From Phallusia mammillata (Eukaryota): 64,000 bases of DNA. Under the pieces are notes generated by a model. That model did not search any database. It was given only the letters and a program-made list of their open reading frames with translations, and was not told the DNA's origin. The position numbers and the translations under genes are program-made. Location: contig OZ281494.1 of NCBI GenBank assembly GCA_965637545.1, positions 12,834,001 to 12,898,000 of the forward strand, written 5' to 3'. This document shows positions 60,013-64,000 of the stretch, piece by piece (the stretch's first letter is position 1; every line of letters starts with the position of its first letter).

Positions 60013-61873
60013 ATGCAGTCATCACGAAAGTTTATTACGATTGTGACGTTTATCATTACGTCACAAGTAGTGCGAATGATTCTGGAGTCGTATTACACGA
60101 ACCAAATCGACGTTGACGATATTACGATTATCGAAAGAACTTTAACTGGAGTTTCAGAATCGTTGGCGGCCGATCAATATGTGGTTCGACACTTTTACAA
60201 ATCTGAGGGATTCCCCATCAATGACGTCACTCCTTATGACATCACACTAGTGCTTCACGGTTCAGTTGACAAGCTATATAAGCTGATAGAAATTGCCGAA
60301 GTGTGGGATGGACCAGTGTCCATGTCTGTATTGGCACCGGACAGTGATGCAGCATTTGTTGATGACGCCATCGATGGCGTCAGGCTTTGCTGGAACCGAT
60401 TGCGTCACACAACTTCCTTTCATCTGGTCTTTCCGTCAAGAGCGCCGCCAAATATGACGTCACTCGGCAGTTTTGTATACTTATCGTGCAAAGACGTCAT
60501 CAGAAGATTGCGCATTCGGAAACCTCGTAGTTCAACGTCAATGTACCCACACAACGTCATGCGTAACGTAGCGCGAAGAGGAGCTTTGACCAATTACGTA
60601 CTGCACGTAGATGCTGACGTCACACCCAGCAAGGGTTTGCGTCAGAGATTTTTGGAATTTGCGAGGAGAAATTCTTTGCATGAAAATTTAAGGTAAAACC
60701 ACTTATGTTAAAAAAATCGTCAGAAAACTTTTTCCACGATATCCTTCAATCTTAATACCTTTGATTCTCGTAGGTCATCACATGATGTCTATGTACTTCC
60801 GGTGTTCGAAGTGCGGCGATCGTCATATCCGGTTCGCACCAAGCGAGAACTGCTCACTGCGTTGGAAGATAAAAATGCGCGCGTCTTATTACAGGTACGT
60901 CTAGAAGTGTGAAGGTTTAACTAAACAAAGTGTCGAGGCTTTGTGGCAATGTCATATGCCAAAGTTATTAAAATTCAATCTTGTTGATGTTTTTACTGGC
61001 ACTCAGGAAATTTGCCCACAATGTCACAAAGCAACCGACAGCGATCGTTGGCTGCGTTCAATCACGTTTTCACCAGCGGATGAAATGAGTATATCTTACG
61101 AGGTTCAGTGCACCAAGGGTTGGGAACCTTACTTTATCGCATCCCGGTATTCCCCACTGTATGGCATCAACTTCACTGCATACGGACAAGATCGTCTTTC
61201 TCACGTAAGCGTTTGCCTTAACATGTAGATTTTCACAAATGAAAAAAACACATTCTAATCAAGTAAAAGCATTGAGCCAATACATAATAAGAAAGCTGCA
61301 GATGGTGCACACTGTTTTGACCGAGATCTCATCAGTACAGCTGGCACCGAACAGGAGTGCCGTAAGGTGGCTACATTTAGCTCATTTGGTCAATCTCTTT
61401 TACCAACTGCACTGAGATCTTATAGGCCAAAGGAATGTACACTGTGTGTAGCTTACATTCCATTTAGATATCTATTACTATAATAATATGTTTGTTATAT
61501 GCTACTTCATTTTTCATGTTGCGTTTGTGGTGACTTATTTGTACAATATAATATACTATAACGAGGTATACATTTTCGTCAACTACCTTCATTTTTTTGC
61601 ATAAAACCTAACCTAAATTTGTGTCTGCGTTTTGAAATAGTAACGATTTCATACAAACCGTCCATATATGTTTAGATGTGTGAGTTACAAGCCAAAGGTT
61701 ACAAGTTCAAAGTTTTGAACGACGAATTTCTTGTATACGATGGATACAGAAGTAAAGCAAAGATCACACAGCAAGAGAAAAGACGGAAGGACGAATCTCG
61801 AAAGTTTCACGAAATGTTTGCCGCAAATTTACGAAGATTCGGTTACACAAACGAAGCGTACAACAAATGTTAA
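60013..61873 (+). CDS. B4GAT1: Beta-1,4-glucuronyltransferase 1-like (GT49), ~398 aa, 4 exons
   Basis: Exons 60013-60692, 60774-60894, 61007-61204 and 61676-61873 (1197 nt, open). N-terminal signal anchor, YPHNVMRNVAR, DxD in VLHVDADVTPS, VLPVFEV, ICPQCH, WEPYFI and YGQDRLSHMCEL..KGYKFKVLN. Family is secure; orthology versus paralogy is not established. Confidence 0.85.
61301..61423 (+). mobile_element. Possible 3' relic of a Rex1/Babar-type LINE in B4GAT1 intron 3
   Basis: Translates DGAHCFDRDLISTAGTEQECRKVATFSSFGQSLLPTALRSY. This resembles the D..H...L..SG.R.R....F.NSF.P.AIR C-terminal motif of such RT ORFs, and an AT-rich tail follows. Weak, by-eye match. Confidence 0.35.
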
Positions 61874-62610
61874 TTTGCAAAAAAACGCATTCTCAGAATC
61901 TGTCATTTTTGCTTTTTATGTAATACATTCAATCTCTATTTGGGATTGGAAACGCAGCAATGCCTGAGATATACTTTCGAACGACAATTCCCTATCACTA
62001 TTAATAAGCGATGTAAGTGTTGAAGGATGTTATATTTTATCTGCTAATTGCAATTTTGTATTTTTGAGCACCTTATTTTAACCAAGTGAAATCACAAATC
62101 TTTTCACTGTGTGTTTATGCAGACAGGCGTCACTGCAAGTCTTCAATCTTATTTCATGCATAAAATAATAAACACGAACAATTTATTTGTAACGTTTTGT
62201 TTTTGAGACAACTATGAAAGGGTAAGTAGCGAAACCGACGACAGCCACGGAAGCATGCAGAACAACTTTCGTGGCAAATTCTTTTTAATATTATGTTCTG
62301 AATGTTTCAAATCCACCTGATAGTGAAACAAATGAATGTTATTTTACAATGACGCCAAGTGAGTTTCGTGGGACAATGAATTGAAAAACAAACGAAGTCA
62401 GTCCGTTTAATTGCATAGAGATTGCAACCGTAACCAGCTGTTGCCAAAATCGTACGGTTAATTGCACAAAAAAGTTTGTGAATTGGTTATGCGATTAACT
62501 GGATTCGTTTCCATTTTGCCTTGCCTAGATTTTCCTGCCCCTGCGGCCTTATAGATCTAATCCCCTTCCTAAATACCCCTACAAAGAAATATATATATAC
62601 ACCATTAAAC

Positions 62611-63702
62611 CAGGGGTGCAAATTTTTTTTTAAGTTTGGTAGCGCGCAGAAAATTAGCAGCACACATGTTTTTGTATATGTGTCTATTTCCACATTATGC
62701 ACAACCATGTCGCTATTAATAGCCATATCGCAGGTTCCTAATTTACAAACGGCCACCAAATGTCTCAATTTTTTGTAATAATCTGGTGATTCAAAAAAAA
62801 ATCATTTATTTCACAGTGTCCCATTTGCTTGTGCCTGAAAGTTTATACCTAATCCACAGATTGAACTGAACAGTTTGATGATCGGTCTCAATTGTTAATG
62901 ACGTCACTATCTAGTGTTAAGTTGTGTGTTACTTGAACATTTGGCATTGTTTGCATACAATAGCGTACAAGCGAGATCTCTCTAGAAGCCCCGCAAAATT
63001 TAGTTATACCACTTTTTAAACCCTAAAAATAAGTTTAAATCAACGCATGACCGCCAACACATATACTTTAATATACAGTTACAGTATCACAAATTCGTCT
63101 GCCGAAGGCACATATCCAGTTTTTAATTCGACACCTGACGAATCGTCGTTAAAATTGCTGATTCGGCAAATCGGTCTTTAGACTTATCTCTTACGTTTTT
63201 CTTATACGAACAGCAAACGTTCAAACCTGACGCACAGATTGTGTTGCAATATGGCAACTGAATCAAAAGTCCGTGTGAAGTAACTGTTCGCAAAAGTAGT
63301 TAAGAAAACGGCTGACTAAAGCACGTTTTACTCGTTTATAAATGTATCGGTGTTTGTTCTGATGCTGCCTAAGTATGGTATATTTTAATAAACTAGAAAT
63401 TAGTCTATTTTATTAAACTAAAACACAGTTAGCATCGCGATAGTGCCTCAAAAATTTAAAAGTTGCGACTAACATAAATCGGTCGAGGCTTGATCCAAGC
63501 GTGTTTTCTCGCGAAAACAATCTTGGTAGTTGCCTGAACTCTATATTTCCGCTAGTTGTGCCACTGCCTCGGTACTTTATTAATATTCTGATAAATGAGT
63601 TATGAAAATATAACCACCTATAATTGTTTCTGCAAATTAGGTCGCGCACGCAAGTTTATTGGTCGCGCGGCGCGACCGTGCGACCGCATTTTTGCACCCC
63701 TG
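62611..63702. mobile_element. Non-autonomous hAT element (Buster/Charlie-type), 1092 bp
   Basis: TIRs CAGGGGTGCAAA / TTTGCACCCCTG. Perfect TSD CATTAAAC at 62603-62610 and 63703-63710. GGTCGCGC subterminal repeats at the right end. No transposase ORF. Confidence 0.9.
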
Positions 63703-64000
63703 CATTAAACTAATAATCGGAATATATTTATTTCTAAAGAAGGCACAGCATTTACAGACATTGCATTCAAAGCACCCTAGAATGTAAAATTGTTACAATT
63801 ATACAACAACACGAACTAAATTGCACAATAAATAGATATAAGCAGGTTTCATGTTGTGGAACAAATATAAGCACACCCGTTACATCTGAATATCAGTAAG
63901 CATGTGACCAAGAGTGCTTTACTATGCATATATTATACACCGAGACATGCATAAAAATCTGGGTAACAGCACAAATTGAAATTTATCCCAAGTATCTCTG

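Noticed and set aside
1-64000. CRISPR array, rRNA, snRNA/SL RNA, intact tRNA or autonomous transposase
   Set aside because: No regularly spaced repeat-spacer array, no match to remembered conserved RNA sequences, and no long DDE or RT ORF. A covariance-model search would be needed to exclude divergent ncRNAs.

Overview
AT-rich eukaryotic genomic DNA with many short GT-AG introns. It is most likely an invertebrate chordate such as an ascidian (inferred from the lactase-type multi-domain GH1 genes, the compact introns and the base composition). Gene models were built by hand from splice signals and frame continuity. From left to right: two paralogous secreted Cys-rich galaxin-like genes (minus strand, 4.8-7.7 kb and 20.0-22.6 kb); MED6 (plus); a CSKMT/METTL12-like methyltransferase and NME6 (both minus); a ~13 kb tandem duplication giving two lactase-phlorizin-hydrolase-like genes with three GH1 domains each (minus); and a B4GAT1-like glycosyltransferase (plus). 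Introns and intergenic DNA carry non-autonomous DNA transposons with intact target-site duplications (five Buster-type hAT, one Ac-type hAT, one Mutator-like foldback), a probable solo LTR and small relics. The top candidate for something new is a 144-nt GT-AG segment that would splice NME6 in frame to the methyltransferase, giving a ~384-aa NME6-CSKMT fusion protein. The second is the LPH-like pair: domain 1 has both catalytic Glu replaced by Asp, domain 2 has paralog-specific active-site changes, domain 3 is canonical, and there is no cytosolic tail. No CRISPR array, rRNA, intact tRNA or transposase ORF was found.
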